NCBI GenBank assembly: GCA_934141445.1
Contig: CAKPCF010000003.1
Location: 34,196-98,195 of the forward strand
Direction of reading: 5' to 3'
DNA: 64,000 bases
Source: an uncultured Clostridia bacterium
Lineage (GTDB): Bacteria > Bacillota > Clostridia > TANB77 > CAG-508
The notes beneath the pieces were generated by a model. That model saw nothing but the letters and a program-made list of their open reading frames with translations. It was not told the origin of the DNA and ran no database searches. Shown here piece by piece: positions 10,556-21,394 of the stretch; position 1 is the stretch's first letter, and each line of letters begins with the position of its first letter. The position numbers and the translations under genes are program-made.

Positions 10556-11761
10556 TTAGAAACTTACTATTTCATTATATACATTTATTATATATTGATC
10601 TGTCATCCCTGAAATATAATCTACAATTGCTCTTTCATAATCTTCTAAATTTGATAAATCATAAAGTAATTTATTTCTATAAATATTAGTATCTCTTTCT
10701 TCTATATTAGAATATCTTGAAAGCCATTCTATAAACTCACTTGACAAATTTGGATAATATCTTTTCATTTTTTTCAAATTTTTTATTGTATTTTTACCAG
10801 CGAATTCATTTTTTAATGTATAAAAAATTTCATTTATTACTAGCCTAAAATATCTAATTGAAGGAGATATCTTCGCATTTTTATATATTTGTTTATAATT
10901 AAACTCTTTTATACTTTTTAGAGTTTCAAATGCTTTATCTGAAAATCTTAAACCATCTTTTATATTACTATTGTTGCATAAATCTACAACAAAATAATTT
11001 ATTATATTTGAGTTCTGTAATTTAACATCTTCTATAATTTTGTTAAATTTTTCAATCTCTTTTTCAGAAAGTAAATTCATTTTTTCTGCATCTTCAATGT
11101 CTCTACCAATATAGGCTATTGTATCTGACATCTTAACGACGCAACCTTCCCAGGTATATGGATTAAATTGATTTACAGTTTTATATTCACTTAAATCAAT
11201 TGCTTCTTCTCTTGGTAAAAGACCTTTATCTGTAACTTCTCCACAGTGTGAAATAATTCCATCTCTTACAGCATAGGTTAAGTTTAAATTTTTCAAATTT
11301 CCTGCATAATCTGGTAATAGTTCTAAGTTGTCAACTAAATGTACTCCGTTTTTTTCATGCCAAAATTTTTTTCCAAATTCCCTTTGGGTTATTTCAGAAA
11401 TCGCATATTCACCTTGATGTCCAAATGGACTATGACCTATATCATGTGCTATTGCTATAGCCTTAGTAAGTTCATTATTTAATCCTAAATAATTTGAAAT
11501 TGTATGACTAATTGATTCAACAAGCATGACATGTTCCATTCTAGTACATATATGGTCATTCTTTGGTGCAAAAAATACTTGAGTTTTATTTTTTAATCTT
11601 CTATATGCTCTTGTATTTATTACTCTTGTATAATCTCTATCAAAATCTGTTCTCATAGTATTATCACCATAAGTTGGTAAATACATTTCTTCATTTCTGT
11701 GAATTGCATTTTTCCATTTTGCAGAGCCTTCAACTGTTGCTACATTTTCAAATTCTTTCAT
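10556..11761 (-). CDS. dGTP triphosphohydrolase-like HD-domain phosphohydrolase
   Basis: DFDRDYTRVINTRAYRRLKNKTQVF plus HD motif AHDIGHSPFGH, the canonical dGTPase-like family pattern. Confidence 0.85.
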   Translation of the reverse strand: MKEFENVATVEGSAKWKNAIHRNEEMYLPTYGDNTMRTDFDRDYTRVINTRAYRRLKNKTQVFFAPKNDHICTRMEHVMLVESISHTISNYLGLNNELTKAIAIAHDIGHSPFGHQGEYAISEITQREFGKKFWHEKNGVHLVDNLELLPDYAGNLKNLNLTYAVRDGIISHCGEVTDKGLLPREEAIDLSEYKTVNQFNPYTWEGCVVKMSDTIAYIGRDIEDAEKMNLLSEKEIEKFNKIIEDVKLQNSNIINYFVVDLCNNSNIKDGLRFSDKAFETLKSIKEFNYKQIYKNAKISPSIRYFRLVINEIFYTLKNEFAGKNTIKNLKKMKRYYPNLSSEFIEWLSRYSNIEERDTNIYRNKLLYDLSNLEDYERAIVDYISGMTDQYIINVYNEIVSF

Positions 11762-11770
11762 TCTATACTC

Positions 11771-12673
11771 CTAATCTTTTGTTTCTATTCTTTTTAATAA
11801 ATTTTCTAATTCTTGTTTATTAAATTTATACTCTTTATTGCAAAATTGACATTTGATATGCGCTTCTCCATCTTCTTTTATAATATTTTCTAATTCTTGT
11901 TTTCCTAATGAAATAAGCCCATTTTCAAATTTTTCTTTTGAACAATCACATTCATATTTGATACTTAATTTATTTGTAAGTACCATTGTGTTTTTATCTC
12001 CTGTAATTATCTCTACAATTTCGTTCAAAGACTTTTTATCTTCCAACATTTTACTAATGCTATCAGCTTTATTTATTGCATTTTCTAATTGAGTAATATC
12101 TTCTTCAGTTGCATCTGGCATTAGTTCAATTTTATATCCGCCACTAGCAATTACTCCATCTTTGTTTACAAGAACACCTAAAGCTAAAACAGTTGGAATT
12201 TGCTGTGATTTCGCAAAATATTCGGTAAAATCTTCTGCGATTTCTCCTGAAACCAATGGTACAACACCATTATATCCTTGTTCTGTATATTTGCTTTCTT
12301 TAATAATGTTTAAAAATCCATCTTTTCCAACTGCACCACCAACATCAATCTTTCCATTTGACTTTGTTGGTAATTCTACAAACGGATTTTGTATATATGA
12401 TTTTAATTTTACATCATCAACATTTTTCTTAACAACTGCAACTAATGTTCCAACAGGTCCTCCACCTTTAATTTGAAGAGTCATATTTTCATCATCACTT
12501 TTCATATCGGTGTGCCCCATCATTCCAGCAACTGTTAAAAATCTTCCCATAACAGCCGTTGTAGTTGGTGTTAAATTATGTGATTTTCTATATTCTTCTA
12601 CTAAATTTGTAGTATTTGCAATTATTATGCTTACTCTTCCATCGCAAGCTAAATACTTTTTTACTTCGTCCAT
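11771..12673 (-). CDS. hslO: redox-regulated chaperone Hsp33
   Basis: 300 aa. The C-terminal zinc centre CDCSKEKF...CQFCNKEY (CxC...CxxC) is characteristic of Hsp33. Confidence 0.9.
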   Translation of the reverse strand: MDEVKKYLACDGRVSIIIANTTNLVEEYRKSHNLTPTTTAVMGRFLTVAGMMGHTDMKSDDENMTLQIKGGGPVGTLVAVVKKNVDDVKLKSYIQNPFVELPTKSNGKIDVGGAVGKDGFLNIIKESKYTEQGYNGVVPLVSGEIAEDFTEYFAKSQQIPTVLALGVLVNKDGVIASGGYKIELMPDATEEDITQLENAINKADSISKMLEDKKSLNEIVEIITGDKNTMVLTNKLSIKYECDCSKEKFENGLISLGKQELENIIKEDGEAHIKCQFCNKEYKFNKQELENLLKRIETKD

Positions 12674-12894
12674 TTTATAATGCTAAATATATTAGCGTTC
12701 TCCCTTCATATTTTATAGTCCAATTATCCAGTTAAATTATACATTATTTTATTTGCTTTAGCAAGATAATAAAACAAATTTTCTGTTATAAATTACTTTT
12801 TAAAAGTTTTGATATCTCTTTGCTAAAAACACAAATTGTTAAAAAAAACATATACTACTATTGATTATTCTTTTAATTTAGGAGGTTAGATAAT

Positions 12895-14172
12895 ATGAAT
12901 ATTTTAAAAATAAATTCTACTGGAAATGATGTATATCTTCTTCAAAGTACCTTATTAAAATTAAAATTTTATACTGGAAAAATAGATGGCATATTTGGAG
13001 AAAATACAGAAAATGCTGTTATGAATTTTCAAAAAAGACATAATTTAGTACCTGATGGAATTGTAGGTCAAAATACTATTTCTGCTTTATTGCCATACAT
13101 AAATGGATATACCACATATACAATTATGCAAGGTGATACATTTTTCAGTATTGCGAATAAATTTTATACAAGTGTAAATAGTATTATATTTGCAAATCCA
13201 TCAGTTGATTATAGCAATCTATCAGTTGGGCAGCAAATAATTGTACCATTTGGAAATTCAATAATACCAACTAATATTCCTTATACATCTGATGTTTTAA
13301 ACTTAAATGTAAAAGCTTTAAAAACAATCTATCCATTTTTAAGAATTTCTCATATAGGATATTCTGTATTAGGCAAGCCAATTCAGGCTTTATCATTTGG
13401 AACAGGAAAAAATGAATATTTTTATAATGCGTCTATTCATGCAAATGAATGGATAACTTCACCTGTTTTAATGAAATTTTTAGAAACATTATGTTCTGCT
13501 TATGTAAATAATACTACTATTCACGAAATTGATATTAGAAATTTATATAAAGATATAACTTTATATATAGTGCCTCTGATAAATCCTGATGGTGTTGATT
13601 TAGTTACTGATAATCTAAATAAAAATTCAAACGCTTATCTAAATGCTAAATTGATTAGTAGTAGATTTCCAGAAATTCCTTTTCCTGATGGTTGGAAAGC
13701 AAATATTTTAGGTGTGGATTTAAACTTACAATTTCCAGCTGGTTGGCAAAATGCAAGAGAAATCAAATACTCTCTTGGCTTTAACAAACCAGCCCCAAAA
13801 GATTTTGTTGGATTTGCTCCTTTATCAACGCCTGAATCTCGCGCTATATATCGTTTTACACTTTCTCATGATTTTCGTCTAATATTAACATATCATACTC
13901 AGGGGCAAGTTATTTATTGGCAGTATCAAAATTATGCTCCAAAAGACTCTTTAGACATAGCAAATAAATTTGCTAAGCTTTCATCTTATGAAGTAGCTGA
14001 TGTACCATACAATTCTAGTTTTGCTGGCTATAAAGACTGGTTTATTTATAATTATAGAAAACCCGGTTTTACTATCGAAGCTGGACTTGGAGAAAGTCCT
14101 TTACCTGTATCACAATTTGATGAAATCTACAAAGATAATTTTGGAATTTTGATAAATGGAATATTACAATAA
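12895..14172 (+). CDS. M14-family peptidoglycan peptidase (gamma-D-glutamyl-meso-DAP peptidase-like) with PG-binding and LysM domains
   Basis: N-terminal PG_binding_1-like repeat (GIFGENTENAVMNFQKRHNLVPDGIVG), a LysM-like segment (YTIMQGDTFFSIANKF) and the M14 zinc motif HANEW. GGAGG RBS lies upstream. Confidence 0.8.
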   Translation: MNILKINSTGNDVYLLQSTLLKLKFYTGKIDGIFGENTENAVMNFQKRHNLVPDGIVGQNTISALLPYINGYTTYTIMQGDTFFSIANKFYTSVNSIIFANPSVDYSNLSVGQQIIVPFGNSIIPTNIPYTSDVLNLNVKALKTIYPFLRISHIGYSVLGKPIQALSFGTGKNEYFYNASIHANEWITSPVLMKFLETLCSAYVNNTTIHEIDIRNLYKDITLYIVPLINPDGVDLVTDNLNKNSNAYLNAKLISSRFPEIPFPDGWKANILGVDLNLQFPAGWQNAREIKYSLGFNKPAPKDFVGFAPLSTPESRAIYRFTLSHDFRLILTYHTQGQVIYWQYQNYAPKDSLDIANKFAKLSSYEVADVPYNSSFAGYKDWFIYNYRKPGFTIEAGLGESPLPVSQFDEIYKDNFGILINGILQ

Positions 14173-14230
14173 TATTTAAAATAAAATTTATTAAGTAAAT
14201 TTTCTAATATAATAAATATATGAAAAACAA

Positions 14231-14267
14231 AAACATAGCATTTCTTTTATGATTTGCTATGTTTTTT
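14231..14267 (+). terminator. rho-independent terminator between convergent genes
   Basis: Hairpin aaacatagca(14231-14240)/tgctatgttt(14255-14264) followed by a T-run to 14267. An A-rich 5' flank could make it bidirectional. Confidence 0.6.
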
Positions 14268-14304
14268 ACTACAATTTATTTTTCTATATTGCTATATTTT
14301 ATTA

Positions 14305-15021
14305 CTATATCACTTTAAATTCACCATTTTCAAATTTAAGTTTGTCGCCTTCTAATAAATTTTCATATATATTGGTTGGTATACTTATTTCTTCAATTCC
14401 TTCCATTCCTATCGCTGAATTATCTAAATCATATAGCCATACTCTACCATCATATTTTTCTCCAACTTCATAGGTATGTCCTTCAATTCTATTTTTTTCT
14501 AAATATTCATTTTGTTCTGATATTTTTTGCTTTATCATTTTATTTATTTCATTTGAAATTTTATTGGTTGTATCTCTATCTATTACTTTATTCTCTCCAT
14601 TTTTTATAATGACATAGCCAAGCTCTGTGCCTTCTGGAAGTTCATTTTTATTTATGCTAATATTCTCATCAGTTGAACAATTATATGCATTATATACATT
14701 TTCATCTCTGCTATTTTTTTCATATACATAGTATTTTTCACCATTTTCTATATTATTTAATAAATTTTCTTTTATAATATTTTTTCTTTCTACAAGCATT
14801 TCATCTTTATACTTATTGATGATTTTCGTGCCATATAAAGTTAAATCCTCTGCTAATAAATCATTCCATTGTGAATCTGCAATTTGTTTATTTTCTTTAT
14901 TGTTTTTCATTGTATTTTCTAAATAACTAGCCAATTCATCTATAAAATTTTGCACTACTTTGTTCTCCCTTACACTATTTAATACATCATTTATTAAATC
15001 TAAATTCAAATTGTTCATCAC
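14305..15021 (-). CDS. hypothetical acidic N/E/D-rich cytoplasmic protein
   Basis: 238-aa intact ORF with no signal peptide or known motif. It lies immediately downstream of the secreted nuclease gene. Confidence 0.55.
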   Translation of the reverse strand: MMNNLNLDLINDVLNSVRENKVVQNFIDELASYLENTMKNNKENKQIADSQWNDLLAEDLTLYGTKIINKYKDEMLVERKNIIKENLLNNIENGEKYYVYEKNSRDENVYNAYNCSTDENISINKNELPEGTELGYVIIKNGENKVIDRDTTNKISNEINKMIKQKISEQNEYLEKNRIEGHTYEVGEKYDGRVWLYDLDNSAIGMEGIEEISIPTNIYENLLEGDKLKFENGEFKVI

Positions 15022-15183
15022 TCCTATATTGTTTATTTTTACTGGAAAAATACTATTGACAAATAGTATTAGAATTAAATTTTATACAGTATATAACAAC
15101 ATAAGTGATTTTTCAATTATTTTATAACAATTTCATTATTTTTCGTATATCATTTTTCGACTTATTTTGCAGTTCTAACTATT

Positions 15184-15987
15184 TTATTTTGCATGGCTAT
15201 CTCCTGTTGCATAATCTATAACAATTCCTGGCTGAACATTATAACAATAAATATTAAATTTTATTCCTATTCCTTCATCTTCTACAGACCAAGCTTCCAT
15301 TTCAACACCACTAGCTAATAAATTATCTCCATCATATATTGGAGTTACTCTGTATAATACATGATTTTTATCATTTTTATTGATATATTTTGTAACATCA
15401 TTTTCAAATGGTAACATTCCCTCTGTATTTAAATATCTCGTTCCTGTAATAAGATTATTTTTATTTGCATTCTCTGCCGAAAGCTGCCAGCCAATCAAAT
15501 GACATCTATTATACAAATATTTATCTTTAATTAAGTTGTCATATCTTTTTTGTTTCCAACCAGACAAATTTCTTATACTACTAATGTCTTCTCTTTTTTC
15601 ACCTGTTTTTGGCATTGTTTCTTTACATACATTTGCAAAAGCAACTCCACTTCTTCCAAGCTCGTCCCATTCACTATATTTTTCAAAAGCTTCTGTTGTA
15701 TAATCTTCTTCTGTAAAATATGGTTCATTATTATTTATTTCGACATAAGCTTTATCCGTATATTCTGGAATTGTTGACAAATCAAGCTTTTCTGCTTTAC
15801 TATTGGTTGAACTTGTAGTACTACCAGTAGCATTTATTGTAGCAATTGAAGAATTATTAGTAATAGCATTTTTAGTATTTTCACCATTATTTTGACTTAC
15901 ATATCCTGAAATAATTATGCAAATTATTATAAATAATGATAATATTAGCTCATATATATTTTGCTTTTGTTTTCTTTTTTTGCCCAT
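15184..15987 (-). CDS. secreted/membrane-anchored DNA/RNA non-specific endonuclease (EndA/NucM-like)
   Basis: N-terminal TM/signal anchor, an S/T-rich linker, and the motif YNRCHLIGWQL...NLITGTRYLN that I associate with the Endonuclease_NS_2 family. Confidence 0.7.
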   Translation of the reverse strand: MGKKRKQKQNIYELILSLFIIICIIISGYVSQNNGENTKNAITNNSSIATINATGSTTSSTNSKAEKLDLSTIPEYTDKAYVEINNNEPYFTEEDYTTEAFEKYSEWDELGRSGVAFANVCKETMPKTGEKREDISSIRNLSGWKQKRYDNLIKDKYLYNRCHLIGWQLSAENANKNNLITGTRYLNTEGMLPFENDVTKYINKNDKNHVLYRVTPIYDGDNLLASGVEMEAWSVEDEGIGIKFNIYCYNVQPGIVIDYATGDSHAK

Positions 15988-16013
15988 TTTACGCCTCGCA
16001 TCTCTATGTATAT

Positions 16014-16436
16014 TTATCTTTTCTTTAAGCTCATATCACAATATCTGCATCTATAAACTTCTTTTTCTTTATCTGTTAAAATAAAAATTTGTTCTAAATT
16101 TTTTTCTATTGATGTAATACATCTTGGATTTTGACATTTAGCAACATTTACTATTTTATCTGGTAAATTAAGCTTTCTTTTTTCAATAATTTTATCATCT
16201 TTAACAACATTTACAGTAATGTTATGATCTATAAATCCTAGTGTATCTAAATTTATTGGTATTTCTTTATCTATTTTTATAATGTCTTTTTTTCCTGTTT
16301 TTTTACTTTTAGCATTAGTAATAATTGCAACTTGGCAATCAAGTTCATTTAAATGTAATAGTTCATAGATTTCCATTCCTTTTCCAGCTTGAATATGGTC
16401 TATTACATATCCATTTTTTATACTATCAATATTCAT
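16014..16436 (-). CDS. pyrI: aspartate carbamoyltransferase regulatory subunit
   Basis: 140 aa. Has VIDHI and the C-terminal zinc cluster CQNPRC...CRYC. The start overlaps the pyrB stop by 1 nt (TAATG). Confidence 0.9.
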   Translation of the reverse strand: MNIDSIKNGYVIDHIQAGKGMEIYELLHLNELDCQVAIITNAKSKKTGKKDIIKIDKEIPINLDTLGFIDHNITVNVVKDDKIIEKRKLNLPDKIVNVAKCQNPRCITSIEKNLEQIFILTDKEKEVYRCRYCDMSLKKR

Positions 16437-17350
16437 TATTTCACCTCCAACATTTTCATAATTAAAGCCATTCTAATATATCTTCCATAGTTTGCTTGTT
16501 TAAAATAGCAAGCTCTTGGGTCGTCATCAACATCTGTAGAAATTTCATTTACTCTAGGTAATGGATGCATTATACATAAATCAGATTTTGCATTTTTTAA
16601 CTTTTCTTTATTTAAAATGTAGTAATCTTTTAATCTTATATAATCAGCTTCATTAAAGAATCTTTCTTTTTGTACTCTTGTCATATATAAAATGTCTAAC
16701 TTGCTCATATATTCTTCAATATTATTAGTTTCTACATACTCAATATTATATTTTTCTAAAACATCTCTTTTTACATACTCTGGAAGTTTTAATTCATCAG
16801 GTGCTATTAACACGAATTTTATACCATTATATCTTGACATTGCAGTAATCAAAGAATGAACTGTTCTTCCAAACTTTAAATCACCACATAAACCTATTGT
16901 AAGATTATTCAATCTACCTTTTTCTGAATTTATTGTTAATAAATCTGTTAAAGTCTGAGTTGGATGATTATGTCCTCCATCACCTGCATTTATAATTGGG
17001 ACAGGAGATTTTAAACTTGCAACTAATGGTGCACCCTCTTTTGGATGTCTCATTGCAATAATATCACTATAACAGCCTACTACTTGAATTGTATCTGATA
17101 CAGTTTCTCCTTTTGATACAGAACTAGAAGATGCTTCTGAAAATCCTAAAACATTACCTCCTAGACTTAACATTGCTGATTCAAAACTTAGTCTTGTTCT
17201 TGTACTTGGTTCAAAAAATAAAGTAGCTAATTTTTTACCATCACATTTATGAGAATATTTCTCAGGTTGTGCGATAATATCTTTAGCTACTTTGATTAAC
17301 TCATCAATTTCTTCTACGGATAAATCTTTAATATCAATTAAATGTTTCAT
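16436..17350 (-). CDS. pyrB: aspartate carbamoyltransferase catalytic subunit
   Basis: [13 protein letters not shown] and HPLPR motifs. Start placed at [15 protein letters not shown] (ATG 17348-17350), which matches the usual ATCase N-terminus; the track ORF extends to 17392. Confidence 0.9.
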   Translation of the reverse strand: MKHLIDIKDLSVEEIDELIKVAKDIIAQPEKYSHKCDGKKLATLFFEPSTRTRLSFESAMLSLGGNVLGFSEASSSSVSKGETVSDTIQVVGCYSDIIAMRHPKEGAPLVASLKSPVPIINAGDGGHNHPTQTLTDLLTINSEKGRLNNLTIGLCGDLKFGRTVHSLITAMSRYNGIKFVLIAPDELKLPEYVKRDVLEKYNIEYVETNNIEEYMSKLDILYMTRVQKERFFNEADYIRLKDYYILNKEKLKNAKSDLCIMHPLPRVNEISTDVDDDPRACYFKQANYGRYIRMALIMKMLEVK

Positions 17351-17437
17351 AATATACTTATGCTCCTTTAATATTTTTTTTAATTGTATCAAAAAAATTA
17401 TATATTTGTAAAGAGTATAAAAATATTTGAAGACATT

Positions 17438-18106
17438 TTACTCATCTAATAATTCTAACATTTTTTGGTCTAATTTATTTATTATTTTTGCATAAGCAAC
17501 TAACTTTCTTGAACTTCTTTTAGACAATTTATTAGAAGTCTTATATTTAGCATGATGTTCAATTGTTGCCCAAAAATCCATGGCCATTGTTCGAATCTGA
17601 ATTTCTACTTTTACAAATATATTTGTACCTTCAAATTCTACTGGAATTTCTACAATTAAATGGTAGCTTGTATACCCACTCTTTTTAGGCTTCTTTATGT
17701 AGTCTTTTTCATTTAAAATTCTAACATCTTCCATTTCAGCAATAATATTTCTTACATCATATACATCTTTTCTAAGTGGACAAATTACTCTAACACCAGC
17801 AATATCATTAACATTTTCTATAAGTTCCTTATAGTTTAAATTGTAATTTTTCTTTTTCATTTTATCTACTATACTTTGCGGACTTTTAATTCTTTTCATT
17901 GTATGGTCAACAATATTGTATCCATAAATTTCCCTATAATCATCATTTATTCCCTTGACAATTTCTTCAACTTTCTTCATTGCAATTTCATAAATTGACA
18001 TTACCTTTTCAAATAAATTATCTTTTATATTTATACTTTCATCTATTCTTATTAACTGATTTTCAATTTCTTCAACATTTCCTTTTTTTAAATCTTTTTT
18101 TATCAT
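17438..18106 (-). CDS. small alarmone synthetase (RelQ/RelP-type GTP pyrophosphokinase)
   Basis: 222 aa. RIKSPQSIVDKMKKK and GYTSYHLIV...EIQIRTMAMDFWA are typical of single-domain RelA/SpoT-homologue synthetases. Confidence 0.85.
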   Translation of the reverse strand: MIKKDLKKGNVEEIENQLIRIDESINIKDNLFEKVMSIYEIAMKKVEEIVKGINDDYREIYGYNIVDHTMKRIKSPQSIVDKMKKKNYNLNYKELIENVNDIAGVRVICPLRKDVYDVRNIIAEMEDVRILNEKDYIKKPKKSGYTSYHLIVEIPVEFEGTNIFVKVEIQIRTMAMDFWATIEHHAKYKTSNKLSKRSSRKLVAYAKIINKLDQKMLELLDE

Positions 18107-18220
18107 TACTTTTTCTATAATTCATTCCTCCTATCAATTTGTTATTTTATGCTATAATTTTATTCATACTTCATTAAAATTTTATTAAAACTTTATGAAT
18201 TCTTTGTGAATTCGTAAAAA

Positions 18221-18263
18221 CAAAAAAATCAAAATTGTTAAATTTTATTTTAACAATTTTGAT
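18221..18263 (-). terminator. rho-independent terminator after the amylase gene
   Basis: A 15-bp perfect stem (18228-18242 / 18249-18263). The minus-strand RNA is followed by a U7 run (complement of A-run 18222-18228). Confidence 0.7.
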
Positions 18264-18269
18264 TCTTCT

Positions 18270-19724
18270 TTATTTCTTTATCCAAATAGAAACACTACCA
18301 TCTTTGCAAAAAAATGTACCATTACCTTCTGTATCAACACTTACTATATCGGATACATTTTTAGTACAGTCATAAAATGTACAACCAGCTAATTTTTTTC
18401 CAACATTCATCACTTTACTGCCACCAACACCATCTGTCATTATTACAGCAACACCAGAATTGATATGCTCAGTATCACCTGTTCTAGTAAATCCAATAAC
18501 ATTTCTATCATCAAAATAATCGTATTGCTCACCATACGCATAATTTTTTCTTACATTTAATATTATATCTAAAATTTCACTCTTACTATCAATTTGTTTT
18601 GTAGGTATTCCAAAATAATCTCCATAAAAAACTGTTGGTAATCCATCTTTTCTAAGTAAAATCAAACTATAAGCTAAAGGTTTAAACCAATCTAGAATAA
18701 ATGACTCTAAAGCTTGTCCTGGTTCTGTATCATGATTATCAACAAAAGTAACAGCACTTTCTGGTTTTGCCTCAACAAGTGTTCCATCAAAGATTTCACT
18801 CATATTAAATTCGCCATTACTAATTGATGCTCTATAAAAATTATAGTGAAGTGGAACATCAAATAAAGTCATACAATTATCAACTTTTTCTAAATATTTT
18901 AATAAAGTATCTACATTAGCACTCCAATATTCTCCAACTGAAAATAGTGCTTTACCACTTTCGTGTCTTAAAAAACCTAACCATTCCGGAAAAAATTCGG
19001 TTCTTATATGTTTTACTGCATCTAATCTGAAACCATTTATTCCAGTAAAATTTAAATACCATCTACCCCATTTTTTCAATTCTGCTACAACATCAAAATT
19101 GTTCAAATCAATGTCAGCACCCATTAAATAGTCAAAATTTCCTTTTTCCTTGTCAACATTTTCATCCCAATGTTTTCCATAAAATTTATATATTGAAGTT
19201 GTTGATGTTGCTTCATCCCAATCAACACCATGAAAATGTGTCCAATTCCATTTAAAATCAGAATATTTATTTTCTCTACCTGGAAATGTATACTTTGTCC
19301 AAGCTTTAATTGGTTTTGCATCAGTTAAACTAACATTTCTATCTGAATCATCATCTTGAACTGCTAAAACTTCTTCTGTTTCATCAGCTCCAAGTTTATG
19401 GTTTAAAACTATATCTGCTATTACATCTATATTATTTTCTTGCAATGTTTTTATTGCCATTAAATATTCATCTTTTGTTCCATACTTTGTTTGAATAGAG
19501 CCTTTTTGGTCAAATTCACCTAAATCATATAAATCATAAACACCATAACCTACATCATCTTTTCCACTAGCCCCTTTATAAGCTGGTGGAAGCCATAATT
19601 TTGTAATTCCTAATTCGCTTAAGTGTTTTGCATCTTTTGTAACTTTATTCCAAAGTGTAGAATCACTAGATAAATACCATTCAAAAAATTGCATTAAAGT
19701 ATCATTACTAGCCAAATCTATCAC
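18270..19724 (-). CDS. cytoplasmic GH13 alpha-amylase
   Basis: GH13 conserved regions DIVLNH, GFRLDAVKHI, EYW and FVDNHD. No signal peptide. Confidence 0.9.
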   Translation of the reverse strand: MIDLASNDTLMQFFEWYLSSDSTLWNKVTKDAKHLSELGITKLWLPPAYKGASGKDDVGYGVYDLYDLGEFDQKGSIQTKYGTKDEYLMAIKTLQENNIDVIADIVLNHKLGADETEEVLAVQDDDSDRNVSLTDAKPIKAWTKYTFPGRENKYSDFKWNWTHFHGVDWDEATSTTSIYKFYGKHWDENVDKEKGNFDYLMGADIDLNNFDVVAELKKWGRWYLNFTGINGFRLDAVKHIRTEFFPEWLGFLRHESGKALFSVGEYWSANVDTLLKYLEKVDNCMTLFDVPLHYNFYRASISNGEFNMSEIFDGTLVEAKPESAVTFVDNHDTEPGQALESFILDWFKPLAYSLILLRKDGLPTVFYGDYFGIPTKQIDSKSEILDIILNVRKNYAYGEQYDYFDDRNVIGFTRTGDTEHINSGVAVIMTDGVGGSKVMNVGKKLAGCTFYDCTKNVSDIVSVDTEGNGTFFCKDGSVSIWIKK

Positions 19725-19773
19725 TCCTATTTTTAATAACTTAATTATCCCACTAACTAGTTAAAATATCAAG

Positions 19774-20523
19774 TTATTGTTTATCTTTTGATTTTTGTGC
19801 ATGATATGAAGCCTCTTCAACTAATTTATCTGGTCCAATTTTTGTAAAAAACTTCACAAATTTTATTGTAAAACTAGGTAATATAATCTCTTTGCCCTTT
19901 AGCATTTTGTCTATTGCATATTTAGCTACATATTCACTTGTTACACCTCTAATACAAAATTTAACACCTGCTACTTCATTAAATTCTGTTCTTACTGGTC
20001 CTGGACAAAGAACTGAAATTTGAACATTTGATTTTTCCTTTTTAAGTTCTTTTCTAATTGCTCTTGTTAATGAAACAACATAATTTTTTGTAGCATAATA
20101 AGTTGCCATAAGTGGCCCTGGCATAAATCCTGCAATTGACGCCACATTCAAAATGTGTCCTGAATTTCTTTTCTTCATCTCCTGTAAATATAATTTTGTA
20201 AGAATATGAACTGCAACAATATTTGTATCAACCATATTTAGTTCTTTATCTAAATCAGTTGTATCAAAATGTCCAAATAATCCAAATCCTGCATTATTTA
20301 TCAATAAATCAATGTCTTTATGTTCTAAAAATAAATTATAGCAATTTTCTCGTATACTAACATCTGCACATACTATTTCAACATTTGTGTGCAATTCTTT
20401 TTTTAATTCTTTTAATCTATCTTTTCTTCTAGCTACTATTACTAAATCATAGCCTAAATTTGATAAATATCTAGCAATATCTTTACCTATTCCTGAAGAA
20501 GCACCTGTTATTAAAGCTTTCAT
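19774..20523 (-). CDS. SDR-family oxidoreductase
   Basis: TGASSGIG cofactor motif, NNAG and a YxxxK (YYATK) catalytic motif. Confidence 0.85.
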   Translation of the reverse strand: MKALITGASSGIGKDIARYLSNLGYDLVIVARRKDRLKELKKELHTNVEIVCADVSIRENCYNLFLEHKDIDLLINNAGFGLFGHFDTTDLDKELNMVDTNIVAVHILTKLYLQEMKKRNSGHILNVASIAGFMPGPLMATYYATKNYVVSLTRAIRKELKKEKSNVQISVLCPGPVRTEFNEVAGVKFCIRGVTSEYVAKYAIDKMLKGKEIILPSFTIKFVKFFTKIGPDKLVEEASYHAQKSKDKQ

Positions 20524-20539
20524 ATATTCTCCTAATAAA

Positions 20540-21394
20540 TTATTTTGTTAATTCTAATATTTTTTCTTTATTATTCATAATTGTATCATATCCAACTTTA
20601 AATACTTTATCAACATCATCAACAACTAATAAACTTGTTCCGGCCGCATCAATTTCAATTGCTAAATCAGCTTCTGCTTGAGCCTTTCTAACATCTTTTA
20701 ATGAAAATATATCAACAGTTCTTAATAGTATAGCAAATAAATCTGGTTCTGGTTTATACTCATCTATTTTAAAACTTAATCCTAAAGTTTTTGTCGCTCC
20801 CATATCTTTTAAAATATGTACTGGTAAATTATCTTTTGTACCACCATCTATAAAATTATAACCTTTATAATTGCAAGGAGTAAATACTGCTGGAAATGCA
20901 ATACTTGCTCTTGTAGCAATGTCAACTGGTGCATCATATAAATAATCAATATTATCATTTTTCAAATTGTAGTGTCTTGATAAAAATATACACTCTTTAG
21001 TTGATATTGTATCTACTGTTGCTACTGCATAAGGTATTGGTAAATCATTCATATTTGATATATTTTTTTCTTTTGCACATTCTTTTATTATATTTCCAAT
21101 ATCTTCACCATTTATAAGTCCTTCAACTTTTGCTACTCCACTTCCAAGATATGTAACTCCAGCCTTGAATAATGGCTTTTTAGGAATTTTAGTCATTGCC
21201 TTATAGTAGCTTAAAAATCTTTCTAATATTTCGTCTGTATTATAGCCTAAAGCATAAATTGTTCCTATTAAAGCTCCTGAACTCGTTCCAGATAAATAAT
21301 CAATTTTAATTCCTAAATCATTTAAAGCTTTTAAAGCACCAATATGTGCTATTCCTTTTAATCCTCCGCCAGCTAGTGCTACACCTAAACTCAT
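20540..21394 (-). CDS. patatin-like phospholipase
   Basis: Oxyanion GGGLKG, nucleophile elbow GTSSG and DGG near the C-terminal half. The start overlaps the MscS stop (ATGA). Confidence 0.85.
   Translation of the reverse strand: MSLGVALAGGGLKGIAHIGALKALNDLGIKIDYLSGTSSGALIGTIYALGYNTDEILERFLSYYKAMTKIPKKPLFKAGVTYLGSGVAKVEGLINGEDIGNIIKECAKEKNISNMNDLPIPYAVATVDTISTKECIFLSRHYNLKNDNIDYLYDAPVDIATRASIAFPAVFTPCNYKGYNFIDGGTKDNLPVHILKDMGATKTLGLSFKIDEYKPEPDLFAILLRTVDIFSLKDVRKAQAEADLAIEIDAAGTSLLVVDDVDKVFKVGYDTIMNNKEKILELTK

Noticed and set aside
19124-19321. Same-strand out-of-frame ORFs nested in large genes (19124-19321 in the amylase gene; 32734-32919 and 35574-35789 in the giant hydrolase gene).
   Set aside because: The host reading frames carry clear family motifs across these spans. 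The nested ORFs have no independent start signals.
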